A stretch of DNA of 64,000 bases, from positions 98,830,001-98,894,000 of the forward strand of contig NW_024704743.1 in assembly GCF_018977255.1 (NCBI RefSeq). The letters are read 5' to 3'. The notes under the pieces were generated by a model. The model made no database searches. It was not told the origin of the DNA and saw only the letters and a program-made list of their open reading frames with translations. The DNA is from Callorhinchus milii. Taxonomy: Eukaryota. Of this stretch, positions 41,627 through 55,583 are shown in pieces. The position numbers were made by a program, and so were the translations under genes. Positions within the stretch are counted from its first letter, which is position 1; every line of letters starts with the position of its first letter.

Positions 41627-42381
41627 CAACAACAACAACAACAAGATTTCATTTATAGAGCACCTTTCATGTCGGGAGAACGTCCCAAGGCGCTGGACAG
41701 TTGGGTCGGGACCCGAGCAGGGGGGAAATGGTCAGGGTGAGGGGAGGGAAGGGAGGGGGCGAGGAGGGGGTAGAGAATCGAGAGGGGAGCTGAAGGCACG
41801 GTCAAAGAGAAAGGTCTTGAGACCGGCCTTGAAGGAGGAAAGGGAGGAAGCAAGGTGAAGGCACTGGGGGATGGAGTTCCAGAGCCTGGGGGCTGAGAGG
41901 CTGAAGGCCCGACCACCGATGGTAGGGCGGTTGGGGCGGGGGATGTGGAGCAGACCGGAGCCAGAGGAACGGAGGGTACGGGCAGGTAGGTAGGGGGATA
42001 GTAGGTTGGAGAGGTAGGAGGGAGCAAGGCCGTGAATGGCCTTGTAGGTGAGGATGAGGATCTTGAAATCAATCCTCTGGGGATGGGGAGCCAGTGCAGG
42101 CGAGCGAGGGTGGGAGTGATGTGGTCCCGAAGCCTGGTGCGGGACAGTACACGAGCTGCAGAGTTCTGAATGACCTGCAGCTTGTGGAGGGAGGTGGCGG
42201 GAAGGCCGGCGAGGAGAGAGTTCCCATAGTCCAGCCTTGAGGTGATGAAGGCGTGGACCAGAGTTTCAGCAGCGTGAGGGGTGAGGTACTGCCATAGTCT
42301 GGCGATGTTCCGGAGGTGGTGGAAGGCGGTGCCAGTTGTGGCGCGGATATGAGGGAGAAAGGACAGCTCAGGGTGTTCCAA
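41627..42381 (-). mobile_element. L2-type LINE 3' fragment nested in a DeuSINE-like copy (~41270-42450)
   Basis: ORF 41653..42381 LVHAFITSRLDYGNSLLAGLP...; SINE body to the left, SINE head remnant to the right. Confidence 0.88.
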
Positions 42382-45161
42382 GTTCCAAGATCAAGCTGAA
42401 ACCACAATTTTCTGACCCAGAGACAAGAGTATTATCAATTGAGTGAGGTCTGTAGTTACCTTCATCGAATAAACTTAACACTCCAGCAGCAGAAAGAATA
42501 ATAATCCTTGCATTTGATATAGAACCTTATCATGTCATCGAGATGTCTCAAAGTGCTTCACAGGATATACTGCAAAGTGATATGACTGTGGGTGTTTGGT
42601 GGGCGAAAAGGGCAGTCAATTTGCGCACAGCAATATCCTACAAAGCGTCACAGTGAGCGATCAATTTTATTTCGAGAGTTGTTGGTCAACACACCAGGAG
42701 AAACTCTCTTCTATCTACCTCATCAAGGTAACATTTAATTCTTCACGTACTTTGAGCAACATGTAATGACCACCAAAAACTAAACTGGATTAATTTTCTA
42801 TAAATGGGGCAATGCTTAAAAGATCATCAGAGAAAATACCTGAAAATGTGTTTCCCTTTCATTGTAAATAATATAAATCAGTATTTAAAATGATGTGTGA
42901 GTAAATTATATATTACAGAGAACATTCATGATCATCATTCAGAATACCAAAGACGTGCCATCTGCCACTATACGACTCAAGCTACTCAAACCTTTAGGAA
43001 GGCCCAGGTTAAAAAGTAGTGTTCATGTGCTCTTCAGCAAACAAACTTGCAGCCTGTATGCCTATCAGTTTATATTCTCACCTTCAAGACAGTCATAATA
43101 GCATTTTATAAAGCCACAATTTTGGGGTGTAACCCATAGTACCTTCAAAGCATTCTACAGCATGTTGACAATTTTGGATAAATTGGATTCCGTCCAACTA
43201 AACAAAAAGGATTTTCCATGCTGTAAGAAGTTATCTAACACCAAGGGATCAATTTAAAAATGAGATCCTAAATATAGAAAAATACCATTATTGCAAGAAA
43301 CCTGAGCGCCTTACACATGGTAATTATGCAGAAGTTGTCATATAACCTCTGACTAGTCAGAACGGAAGTCTGGCACACCTCAAACGTGTCAGCAATTGAC
43401 AGTGGAAAACAAAATGTGAAAGTACGCAGACAAGAACACCACAGCAGAAGGAGCAAGGGGTCAAAAATTCCTCCAGGAAAGAGTATCCAAAAGCACTCTC
43501 AATTTTCCTTATTTTGTCAATTTGTAAAAATGTCAGTTCTGTACCCCATGATGTACATGTTCACTTTTTTATAAAATGCTCTTTTGACTTATTGGTAAAA
43601 ATAATATGGGGCATTACTGTTAACAGTGTTTATTCAGGGAAAAGATTGTATGTATGTATAATGCAATTAGGATTTAGAAAGATAGAATTAAAAAATTAAA
43701 TACTGTTACAGCCAATAAATTTATTAATATTTCATTTTTAATATATTGTTAATATATGTGCAAACAATCTTGCTACACGTTATATTTATATGTGTATCCT
43801 TTAGTTTTTTGGTATTTTTGCAGTGTGCCATTTTTGGAAAATAAGTTAATAGTCAGTGAAAAAGTAAACTGTTTCTCAACTAAGTGCAACTGCATTTATC
43901 CTCAGTGCACTCTTTCTTTCCAGACACATCGTTCAAGCAGTTGCTGATGATCTCTTAGGCATGTTTTCATAATGTCTTGCCATAACTCTGGTCAACATTG
44001 CCACAGTAACATTCCATAACAGGCAATTACATGCAACCAGCTATTTGAAATATGTAGTTAAACGGGTTTACAAAATAGATGAGAAAAGCAGAGATGTAAA
44101 AGGCAGTCTTGTCTAGTACACAATTATAAAACGTTAAGTTAATAATTTATATACAAGGCCGAATGCATTTTCAACAGTACACTAAGTTGCTGATGGCCAC
44201 CTATGTGTAGAATATACATATGTGATCGTATATCAAAAGAATTTAGGGTTAAATTATGCATTACATTTCACACCTAAGAAATGGTCACAGAAATTTGCAA
44301 TCTGTCCCCATATGTAGATAAAAGTTATTAGCAATACAGAACAAGCCCAAGACAAGTACTGGACATTCTGCTGCATTCCAACTACCACAAAAACTTTGCA
44401 AACAAGAGTGCGGATGAGGAAAGATGTGGAAATCATTCAAAAAAAGTCACTGGAACTGATGAAAAGTACAAAGGGCTCAATTCATAACAATCTAATTTGT
44501 TTGGTCTTTTCCATACAATAGTCAAACCAATATTGCTTTTCCATTTAACAATGAAGACAGACAAATGTTAGAAATGGGCAGCAATAATAGCATTGTTGCG
44601 CTTTTGCATAACTAATTTAAATGACAAGTCCTTCAAATTCGTCTCAGTCAGTAAATAACGCATGATTAAAGGAGATCATAAATCGTTGCTTCAAGACAGA
44701 ATACAAAATGAAGCCAAATAAATATCATTTATAAAACCTACACCTCACATAAAAATATAAACAATTTTGTTTCTTGAATGTTGTGACAAACAGACAAGAC
44801 TTATACAAGTCAACTCCAATCCAATTTTTAAGAAAAGCAACCACCATTGTGCCTATATATATTTGGAGATCCCAGACCTATACTGGTAGGTCAGAGATCT
44901 CCAAATTATAGAATAGGCACAAGTCTTCAAGTGTAATCAAGGCTGTTTTAAAAGAACAACTTGCATGTATAAAGAACCCTTAACCCAGAATAAGATCTCA
45001 GAGCTTTATCACGCACTTTGAGGTATTATGACGTGATAAGGTGCTACATCACAAGGTTGTCCAATACGTAAGCCACGTGTGGCAAATTGGGCATCTAGAT
45101 ATAGTGAAATTGCATTTTTGGTTAGTGATTATGTGCCGAGTTAGCTGATCCTATACAGCAG

Positions 45162-45314
45162 TCAGTTCTGATGAAAAGTCATTGACCTGAAACATGAACT
45201 AATTTTCCTCTCTCCATGGATGCTGCCTGACCTCCTGTGTGTTTCTAGCGACTTCTGTGTTTATAACAGATTTCCAGCATCTGCAGTACATTTTTTTTTG
45301 TTTGTGTTTTTTCT
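45162..45314 (+). mobile_element. Solo Penelope-like hammerhead-bearing element with 10-bp TSD
   Basis: Homologous to right arm of the 24.4-kb element; TATACAGCAG direct repeats at 45152-45161 and 45315-45324. Confidence 0.7.
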
Positions 45315-46789
45315 TATACAGCAGAAGTTGACTTATTTCTGGTATGCAGAAGACAAAAAATTCTGGGGTTCCCACTTTTAATCATTATCCAATGGCCACT
45401 GCTAGAAAGTGTCTATGATGAGGTCACTTGAGGATAGGATCAAGGTCAACTATGCTGTCTCCTACAATCTAATAGCTCAAGAATTTTAAGCAGAAAGAAC
45501 TTTAAGACTACATTATTTTCCTCTTATTAAAAAGGACGACACATTTTGCTCTCAACAAATGTTACAAACAGGAAGCTTTGAAGAATGCTAATTTCTCAAA
45601 GAATTACATTGAGTGATTCAAAAGATGTATTTAAATATTCAAGATAGGCAAAAGAGTGTAAGGGAATAACTTTTTTTGAAATATTAACCATTATATTAGT
45701 TCTACAGGTTATTCATGAAGGAAAAGGTACCTTAATCAGTAGTAGTTATTGAGTTAAAGCATTTGGTTAAAACAACATAAAATTCTATTAATTTATAGTT
45801 TAATGCAAACAGCCATGTTTCACATGTCAAGGTGTCCTTGGCAATTATTTTTCTACACTTTATCATTGAAATAATTAATTAAATATTCTTAGCTGGGAAC
45901 TATTCAACATTATGTCAGCAGATTATTATGTAAGACACACAATAAACTAGGAAGCCCCAGCTGGTTTGGGTTATATTTTTTGGCCTAACTAATAAATTGA
46001 AGGCTAAAAATACTTTTTCAGAAATTGTTTTGTAAATGCAGTTCTGTCAGAAAGCTGCAGCAGGACAAGCATGAATTGTAGATCACATATACAATGAAAT
46101 TCTGTCTGCACAGCAAATAAATTTAGATATTAGAACATTTTAAGAAACACTCTAAATTGAAAGCAAATGGTTTGTGAATCAAATTACAATGAAAATTCAT
46201 TTCCCCAAGCAACTCATTTGATCAAAAATTACCTGCGTGACTTAGTATCACAAAAACATTGATTTTATTATCACAGCTGCCTACATTTTTTAAGAAACAA
46301 AACATGTTAAGAATGAATTGTGGAAAAGTACTTTAAACATAGAATCTGAATCTAAGTGCAAGTTACGTTTTGGTTTCGCTTAAAGGATGCAAATTTGGGA
46401 AATATTGGAAATTCCGGTCACCTTTGGTTCGTCAGGAGAGAAACTCAGACAGGATTAATACTATTAATTAAGTTAACTGCAAATTCAAATGCAAGGATTA
46501 TTATTTTTAGCCATCAATTCATACAGGGAGATTAGTACATAACTGTATTGTACTATATGATTCGCAAATTTATTTATTGATAAATTATAGCTGAAAATGA
46601 AGTGTGTTTATTAGTGTTAGAAAATTAAGTGAAATCTATTTATAAACATTTTTAAACAAATCAATTTCTTCCCTTTTCCCAGCACTGAAATATTTCTATC
46701 TATATTCAAACGCTTCTGTAAACACCTGACTGTAACACTCCTAGAATGAAATGTCAAATAACTCCCCCTGTTCAACTATAATAAGGTGT

Positions 46790-48330
46790 TATTCTCGGCT
46801 AGTAACATCACAAATAACTTCCTCTCTGTGACCAGGGCTCCCTTTGCCTGCTGTACCTCTCCACTTGCCTTTGATACAGTCAGCCATGCCATCCTCCTAA
46901 ACCGCTTTTCTTTCCTCATACACCTCAGTGGGACCAATCACACTCTCCTGGTTGACCTACTTGATATCAGGTTCAATTCCCAGCTGACATCCGACCCTGA
47001 CCAGGACCACTTTCATCAATCTCTACCACATCATCCACCTCCGACCACACCTCACACCCAAAGCAGCTGACACCCTTATCCACGCCTTTATCCCCATTGC
47101 CAATTTTTCCAATGTCCCCCTTGCCAGTCTCTCCAGCTCCACCATTCATACATTCAGCAAGGTCAAAACTCCACTGGCCATATCCTCACTTGTACCAAAT
47201 TCTGCATCCATCACCCCAGTCCTTCCCTGGTTCTTCATTGCAGAACGTATCAATTTCATGATCCTGAAATTCACTTCATGCCCTAGCACCTCCCTATCTC
47301 TCCAACCTGCTTGCATCCCCTCTTCTACCTCTTTGTTCAGTGGCAAAAGACCTTCCTCTTTGATCATGCCTACAGCCACCTGCCCTCTCTCCCTAGCTCT
47401 GCATCAAGCTCTGCCACTTTTAAGCACTCCAGGACTGTACCACACATTAAGGGCACTATGTAAATGTAAACCGCTGTCCTGACAGAATGTCTGTCTGACA
47501 TCAAGTCCTGGATGAGAACTAACTTCTACAGTTGAATGTCAACATGACTCCTGATTGGCTCCTGTCAGCGCCTCCACACCTCAGGCGCTGACAGCATCAC
47601 CATGCAAGGATGCACACTCTACCTCACTGAGCCAGTCCGAACCTTGGTGTCTTATTCAACCGTCAACTATCCTTTCTACCCCACATCCATGCCAAGACCT
47701 GCTCTGCCTTCCCCCACCCCTGCCACTGTCTCACACCGCAGGCTGCCGAGACCCTCCTACACGCATTCATAACATCCAGACTTGACTATGCAGGCTCCCT
47801 GCTTGTTGGCCTTCCCAACTCCTCCCTCCATAGGCTGCAGATCATCCAGAACTCTGAAGCTCGTGTCCTTTCTCGCACGAGGCTCCATGAACCTATCACC
47901 CCCATTCTCAGCCCGACCCACTGGGTTCCCATCACACAGAAGATACAGTTCAAGATCCTGGCTTTCACCGTCAAAGCCCTCCATGGCCTTGCTCCCCACT
48001 ACCTCTGCGACCTCCTAACCCCCTACCAACCTGCCTGCGTCCTTCACTCAGCAGGCTCTGGCCTGCTCCACATCCCCCGCCTCGCCTGCCCCACCATTGG
48101 CGGGCAGGCCTTCAGCCACTGTGCCTCCACCCTCTGGAACTGCATCCTGCAGTCCCCTCGCCTTGCCTTCTCCCTTGCCTCCTTCAAGACCCGTCTCAAG
48201 ACCTTCTGTGCCTTCAATCACCCTCCTTCCTCCCCTGCCCTCCCCGATTCCGACCCTTAGCTCAAATCCGAAATACTGATTGTCCAGCGCCTTGCGACGT
48301 CTTCCCGATGTGAAAGGCGCTATACAAATG
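46790..48330 (+). mobile_element. Two consecutive L2-type LINE fragments (degenerate ~46790-47470; better preserved ~47478-48330)
   Basis: AFDTVSHAILL and DIKSWMRTNF remnants; L2 tails. Confidence 0.8.
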
Positions 48331-49799
48331 TTCTTTCAGTTCGTATGTAAATGTTCTGAAACTCACTAAAATTAATCAGGTCATAGATTTCACTTGCAAA
48401 TAAGAACAGGCCTAGAATCTGATTGGAAGTCCACTGCTAGGTCATTCTATTGCTTTTTAAAAAAATACAAACCCCCCTTTGATGTAACAATTTCCTCTCT
48501 GGTTTCCAAGTCTCTTAGCAATTGTTAGCAGATGATCTACCATAATCCTGCTTGTTTTTAAAGACAGATAGATATTGCACCATTGTTCAGACCTTAAAAT
48601 TCAATGTGTATTGAACTAATTTAACATCTTATATGGACACAACAGGACATTTGGATTAACTGTGTTCCCTTTGCTCATCAATATCATGCTAGCTCAAAAA
48701 CATCCACCAATAACCACTTAAACTCACCAATGAAAATATCTGATGCAGTCTCAGCATTGTCAACAAGGATAGATCCGGAACCAATTTTGCTGCTTTAAGT
48801 AGATTTTGTATCTAATATGCCAACATGTGTTTACTATGTACAGAACCTTATTATCTGCAGATCATTTTTCTCATTTGTAATGCTTATTTTGGGACCTATT
48901 CTGAGAACTAAAAACAATTTTCCTTGAACCAAGAAGATTACACATCATATGCCCCGTCACTGATCCCATGTTATTCAGATAGGCAGCGCCCAGATAAATA
49001 CATCTTACAAATTCCTGAAACACATTCTCGATTTATGACTCTTTAATACTCACTAGCTTGCTACCAACATCGCAAAGAAAACTAATGGCAATTGATTGAT
49101 TACGTGTAATGCTACCACTTAACGTGCATTTTGTAAATGTGCAATACTTTAGTCTTTTGAGGTGATACAAATTCTGCCAGGAATCAACAATGTCTCAATG
49201 TTTCTTACAATGATTAAAGACACCTTTATTTGAGAATTAATTTATTTTGTATTTTGTCACCTCTGCCAGGGATTATTTTATACCCAGCCAAGAACCCAGC
49301 CAGATGACTTGGGCCCAAGCACCATTCATTGGAATTCCATGCAGCAGATTGTGAATGACCAAGACTTCAATTTTTCCATCAATCTTAGCCTTTGAGGAAA
49401 GGAGTACACTGGAAGTCAGAAACTCACTCACTTACTGGGTTCAAAAAAGCAGCATTCAATAGCAGCATAGTTCCCTATTTTGGGATTTCCCATCTCCACA
49501 TATTTCTATTTCATTCCCTCCAGTTGTTTCTTCCTTATTTGCTTGAACACAATAATTTTTGTTTGGTTGTTAGGTCAAGCTACAGTGGTTAGAGTCCCTC
49601 TTCCAGTAGAGAATGACTAACTGTTATCACGAATTAATCTCAAAAACAATTTAGCGTCACTGATTTACAGCTATACTCAATTATAAAACTATAATCTGCA
49701 CAATACTGAATGATAAAAGCCATACAAATAGCTCTAATATGTTCTATAAGTTCAGGATCATGCGCTTTCAAGGTTCAATAAACACCACTTACAATAAAA

Positions 49800-50092
49800 A
49801 ATAATAATCCTTGCATTTGATATAGCGCTTTTCACATCTTCTAAACGTCTCAAAGTGCTTCGCAGAAGCGTAAAGTAAATTGACTGTGCGTAACGCGGCA
49901 GCCAATTGCGCATGGTAGTGTCCCACAAACAGTCGCGGATTGAAGTGACCAATTTATTATTGTTTTTTTTCTTGAGGGATTATTATCAGGAGTGTCGAGT
50001 AAGGCAGCTTACCCAAGCTTTCACCCTGCCGGGAATCGAACCCAGTTCTGTCACTTACGAGGCGAGTGCTCTGACCATTGAGCTGCAGGACT
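49800..50092 (-). mobile_element. tRNA-derived SINE family A, short variant
   Basis: Head, body and tail. Confidence 0.85.
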
Positions 50093-53000
50093 TGACTTCC
50101 CACAACATCTGTGTGATTTAGTACAACAGCTTGTTCATGCTTCCAAGTAAAAATACATATTTCACGCTTGTATTTTGAAAGATCTTTATCCTTGTTTTTA
50201 AGAGAAAAATATGCAGGAGAGGTAGTTACTGGTAGCTGGCCAAGAATACACCATTTCTTTAAATGGATATGCAAAGCACAAGTTTGATTTATTCTGGGAA
50301 CAACTGAGATCAAAGATTTATTTGAAATATAAGGAACTCAAAACAAGGACCATGGTATACTTAGACACGTCTTGAGAACTATTAATTTAACATTTTGAAA
50401 GTTATAATATAATAATTCTTGCATTTAATATAGCACCTTTGATAGCAGACTAAGACTCGGGCTAAATCAGTAGCAATTTGTACTAATATCATGGCAACTA
50501 CCTCCACTCCAACTTCTACATTTTACTGTATGTATCATGCTTTATGGTGGTTTGTAAATGAGATTACTGTAATTATTTTGATCTGTAAATATCTTGCCTA
50601 TATTAGTATCTGTGTTTTAAGGAAAATCTAGTAATTTAGTGCAAGACAATGCCAAATACAGTAAACAAATTATTGTAAATTGGATCATTTTTAACTGCTA
50701 GTTAAACTATGAAAGAGTAAATAAAGAGAAAGATTAATGCTCCTGTACCAAAAAGGGCAAATGTCTGTTTACACGATGACCTATTATTCTATTGAAAGAA
50801 CGTTAGAACCACAAAACTAAATCATTCACACATTTGCATAATTATATAACTATGACGTTTTTATATCACTGAGTTCAGTTGAATTTAATATACCAAATAA
50901 ATTAGAACACCGACTGCAGAGCTCAGTAAGTATTGTGACTATTATATGCTATTGCATATAATAATGACAGCATTTAAATTATAGCATATAGTGTAAGAAG
51001 TAAATTAATTTATCTATAAATGAGTAACATTTATTGAAGATTAGAGGTCACGAATAAAGATCTGGAACAGGCCAGAACACAATTCATTTATTGGAAAGAA
51101 TGCATCAGCTATTAATGCCAAGATTAGACTTTTATCCTTTGCATTTTGACAACTTAACACAAATATTTTCGTAGCACAAATATGATGGTACGATAATGTT
51201 ACTCAGCACTGGTTGAATGATTAAACACAGGTCAAAGCCAGCAGGAATACAAGGTAAAAATCTTCACAACCAAGGCTGAACAGATAATTTGAAATGACCA
51301 CCCGTGAGCTCTTTAACAAGAATCAGAGGAGAAAGAGGTAGACAAAATTATATGGGGGTAAATAGGTCTACTATTTCTCCCACCCATCCACACTCACACA
51401 TATTACAAAACTGCAAAGGAAAGCAGCTTAGTGGTGCAACACATTGGAATAAATGTTCTTATAGTATGGAGTTCCAAGATGCAAGCTTGTGCCTGCAATT
51501 TCCCATATAAATTCCTAAATTCAACTGCACTATCAAGGAACGGTACCAAAGAGAAAAAGGTAAAAAAATAAGAAGCCAGTCAATTTTGCAGCACATGTCT
51601 CTGCACTTTCGGTTTAGATAAAGGGAAATGAAATGCTAAAAAGGCCTTTTTAAAATCAATTTTGGCCAACATTCCACAATGTATAACATCATATAACACA
51701 GTTTACATTTATATTGCACCTTTCAAGTTAGGAGGACATCTCAAACTGATTAGAAAATGTACAATAAAGAGCAACAAGATTGAGATCAAGTAGAAAGGGC
51801 TATGAATAATTAAATTCTGGAAAGAGATGATTAAAGGGGGACTTCACCAAAGTATTTAAAATATTAAATGATAACATTTGACTATTATTTCAATGGAAGC
51901 CAATGAAGTAGCACCAAGGGCACAAATGGAAATTTTGTGAAAAAAGTAAATTTAGAGCAATTTGGAAAGACATCCTAATAGGAAACAAAGTAATAGGGTA
52001 AACACAATAGGGTAAATTCAAGTAGTCCTTCAATGTAAAACCAAAATGATAAGTTGTACTCAAGAACTCAAGTTTTCTTGAATATTTATGCAAATGTAAA
52101 ATATAGGCTGCATTAACCTCAGCAACACCGGTTTAATAATCATCAGTAAATAAATTAAGATTATGTCAGACATTACAAAAGTCACAAAAATGTTTAATTT
52201 GGTGGATCAATGAAATTCATATAGAGTTATCCAGTATGCAATTGCCCTGTAAATTATAATTCAAAGAAGATTTTAAAAACATTATCGGGCCAGGAAGAAC
52301 TCTGGTAAGAGACAGTATGTACCCAGAGATTTACTCCCAGCTATAAACTGTTCCAAATAAATTAGAAAATTGAGCACCTTCCAAAAATACTGAAAGCAGA
52401 TTTATAAATTGAGACACACATAAGCAAGAGTCTTTAAATTCCAAACCACAGAAACTGATGCCAATTTTTTGGTAGAGACTAACACTCTAAGAAGAGAAAG
52501 AATTTCAGCCGGGTGTCTGACACAAGCGGAAACCCATCATCATGATTTAGAGTATCCAAACCAAGCTGACAGTTTCATGCATCCCACCTATACATGGAAA
52601 TTCCAGAAATATTTATTGGAATGGAATGTGCACTCTCTCCCTGGAGGGACACATCCTGCCTATCTAACTCCAGAAAGTATCAGCAGGATGGTAAGAGCCA
52701 AGCCTTGGTGACTCCAGAGTGTGCATTGGGGTTCTGTTGGGAGTCTAACCAGCTAAAACCGCATAGCTTGCCATCAAGAGCACTGTGTTGCAAACTTTCC
52801 CACTGCTTGTTCAGCTAGGACCTTACCCGTTAAGGCTTTGGTTTGCAAGGTTTATGTGAGCTGAGTGGGAAGAGTCCTTGCCCCCAATGACTGGACTGTC
52901 CTTCCAAGTCCTGTCGATGAGCCAGCCTATCTGTGCTGTCATCAGCAGTGTTCTTGAATACTGCACATCTGCCTAGCTCGGGAATTGGACTACCGAGACC

Positions 53001-53094
53001 GCCACACATTTCGACATATTGCTCGATTACAACTTTAAGTTGCCAAACATGTCACCTTGGAGACAGCGGATCTCCAAGAAGACACTGCTTACTC

Positions 53095-53515
53095 CCTATT
53101 CTTTTAACCTCCTCGTCCTTCTAAACCTCTCTGGCATCTTTGACACGATTGACCATTCTATTCTTCTCCATTATCTTTCCTTTCAGCTTCACGGTTCTGT
53201 CCTTGCCCGGTTACATTTTTACCTAACCCAATGTCTCCAATTCATATCTGCCAAAGGCTTCTCTTCCCACCCCACTCCCTCAACTCAGCAGGCACTGTCC
53301 ATTGTACCTCAGTGGTCGGGCATTCAACTTTCTGGCCCCATTCTTTGGAACTCCATCCCAAAGTCCCGTCGCCTGCCCTTCAGGGTACGTCTCAAGACCT
53401 TCCTCTTTTCTTCTTCCCATCCCCTTTGGCCTCACACCTCCCAAATCCAAACCCCAGCTTGGGTCCAGCATCTCAGAACACCCTCCTGATGTAAAAGGCG
53501 CTATATAAATGCAAT
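53095..53515 (+). mobile_element. Internally deleted L2-type LINE fragment
   Basis: LLVLLNLSGIFDTIDHSILL peptide and L2 tail. Confidence 0.78.
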
Positions 53516-54575
53516 GTGTTACTGTTCACCCGATATTAAAGAGCAGCTCAGTTGTGGCATGGAAGTGAGCCAGCGTTTGCATCAACAACCTAGATCAACC
53601 CTTTGTCGATCATGTTATTAATATAGGTCCTGTCTGCTTTGTAATTGAGGTGAAGATTAAGAGGTTCCTCTACCCACAGTCCCCCAAATTCAATGAAAAC
53701 TGTGGAGTTCTTTCTCTATTTAGCTTGGATTCCCTCCTCATTCACATTCATTTCAAAAACTACCAAGTCATTGTTGCTTGAGGAACATTGCTTGCGCAAA
53801 TGAGTTAATTGTATGACACCATTAGCTTCAGTTCTAATTAAGATGATTCTGTAAAATGCTTTTAGGCATTCTTTTTACTTGGAAGGTAATATATGAAATA
53901 TATTGAAGTGAATTAATGATGTGGGTGTAGGATGGGGGAATCCCCAAATATTATTCAAAGGTTACAAACCATTCACTTCCTTCCGTTTACTAAATAATTA
54001 ATGCAAACAGTATTTAAGAGAATGAAATCTATCATCTAAAGGCAAAAGTACGCTTTAAAGTTTTCAAAATTGCCTTATTATTTCTTTATGGTCTTTACCT
54101 GACCAGACCAATCTAGCTCTACACACATTTACGGACAGGACTGAGTCAGATGTGCAGTGGGACAAGAACCAATAATGCAAAATTATAAATACAATTTGGT
54201 GTAATTTCATTGTTTTGTTCATAACCCACAAATAAATTTAACTGGCCTACAACAATATTCATAAAATTACCCATCAAGCCAACAATCCCCCTAAAAAAAT
54301 GGTCATTTCATTGCTGTCCATGGGTCTTTGCTATGCCTCATTCATCCACAAAACTATGATGACACCACTTTGCATCCTGTGAAACGATTTGAGACATCTC
54401 AATAACATGAGGTGCTATATCAAATGCAAGGATTATTATTAATTATTATCTCTCCTACTGGCTCAAATTCTACAAAGAAACTTGGTGGTGTATTGCACTG
54501 TGGGGCCTTGCCCTATAACATGGGTTCTTTTAAAAATGGATGCACGTTTTGACTGCAATTCACCATATGGTAAGG

Positions 54576-55583
54576 CAGTGTTGTCAAACCCCGATTTGTA
54601 CTGAGGCACATGTGTGCCTCATTAACAACAGTGTGAGCCACGCTAGTCACAAAATAGAGTCCTGTAGCTCAGTGGTTGGAGCACTGGCCTCACAAGTGAG
54701 AGACTTGGGTTCAATTCCCGTCAGGGCAAAACCTTGGGCAAGTTTCCTTACTCCACGTGCCCGATAATAATCCTTCAAGTAAAAAAAAATAAGTTGGTCA
54801 CTTCAATCCACGACTGTTTGTGGGACACTGCTGTGCACATTTGGCTGCCGCACTTCGCCCACAAATATACAGTCAATACACTTTACAGTATATTCTGTGA
54901 AGCGCTTTGTGACGTCTGGAAGACGTGAAAAGCGCTATATCAAGTGCAAGGCTTATTATATTATATCTATTATAAAATGAAACAAGTCACATAATTTCCT
55001 CCGAAAGATTTATTTGCAAACATGTCATACTCTTTTTCAGCAAAGGCAACAGCAAGAATGTGTTAAGGTATCATCAATCTAACCCAAGGAATCTGTGGGA
55101 AACTTGAAACTGAGGCCACTGCTCACAGTGAGCAAGGAAACAAGAAAAACTTTAATAAGCAAGTATTAGCAGTGTAAAAGCAAAACAACACATTTCTGTG
55201 AGATTTTCTCAACCATTTTCTGAAAATTCAGTCTAAATGATTTCACAACTGCAGTTCTGCCACCAAAGATTCGGTGTCAAGTGAGATCTAGATTTTCTTT
55301 TGATGAAAGTGATCTCAGAAAATGTTGATTCATAGATGTATGTCTACACTGTTGTACAATTATTTTTACTCAGGTGAACATTATTTTAGATGACTATTTC
55401 AATGAATATTCAAAAAGCCTGACTAGAGAATGCTTTACCGCATACATATAATGCGTTTAAACAGTAAGTAATTAGTCAGTGGCAATTATCTGAGACGCAT
55501 GCATTCTGCTGAAGCTAAGGTGGCTGTGAGCCACGCCGAGACCCTTTATGAGCCACATGTGGCTCGATGGTCCGACAACATTG
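54576..55583 (-). mobile_element. hAT (Charlie/Buster-like) DNA transposon remnant with 8-bp TSD
   Basis: TIRs CAGTGTTGTCAAACC / CAATGTTGTCGGACC; TSD TGGTAAGG at 54568-54575 and 55584-55591; minus-strand TYIYESTFSEITFIKRKSRSHLT resembles hAT dimerization domain. Confidence 0.85.
54657..54964 (+). mobile_element. tRNA-derived SINE family A inserted in the hAT remnant
   Basis: Full head, body and tail. Confidence 0.88.

Noticed and set aside
41653..42381. 242-aa ORF and other Pro/Ser-rich ORFs (17577, 24921, 35541, 36098, 36161, 53019) as novel genes
   Set aside because: All fall within decayed L2 LINE fragments; they are frameshifted RT remnants or alternative frames.
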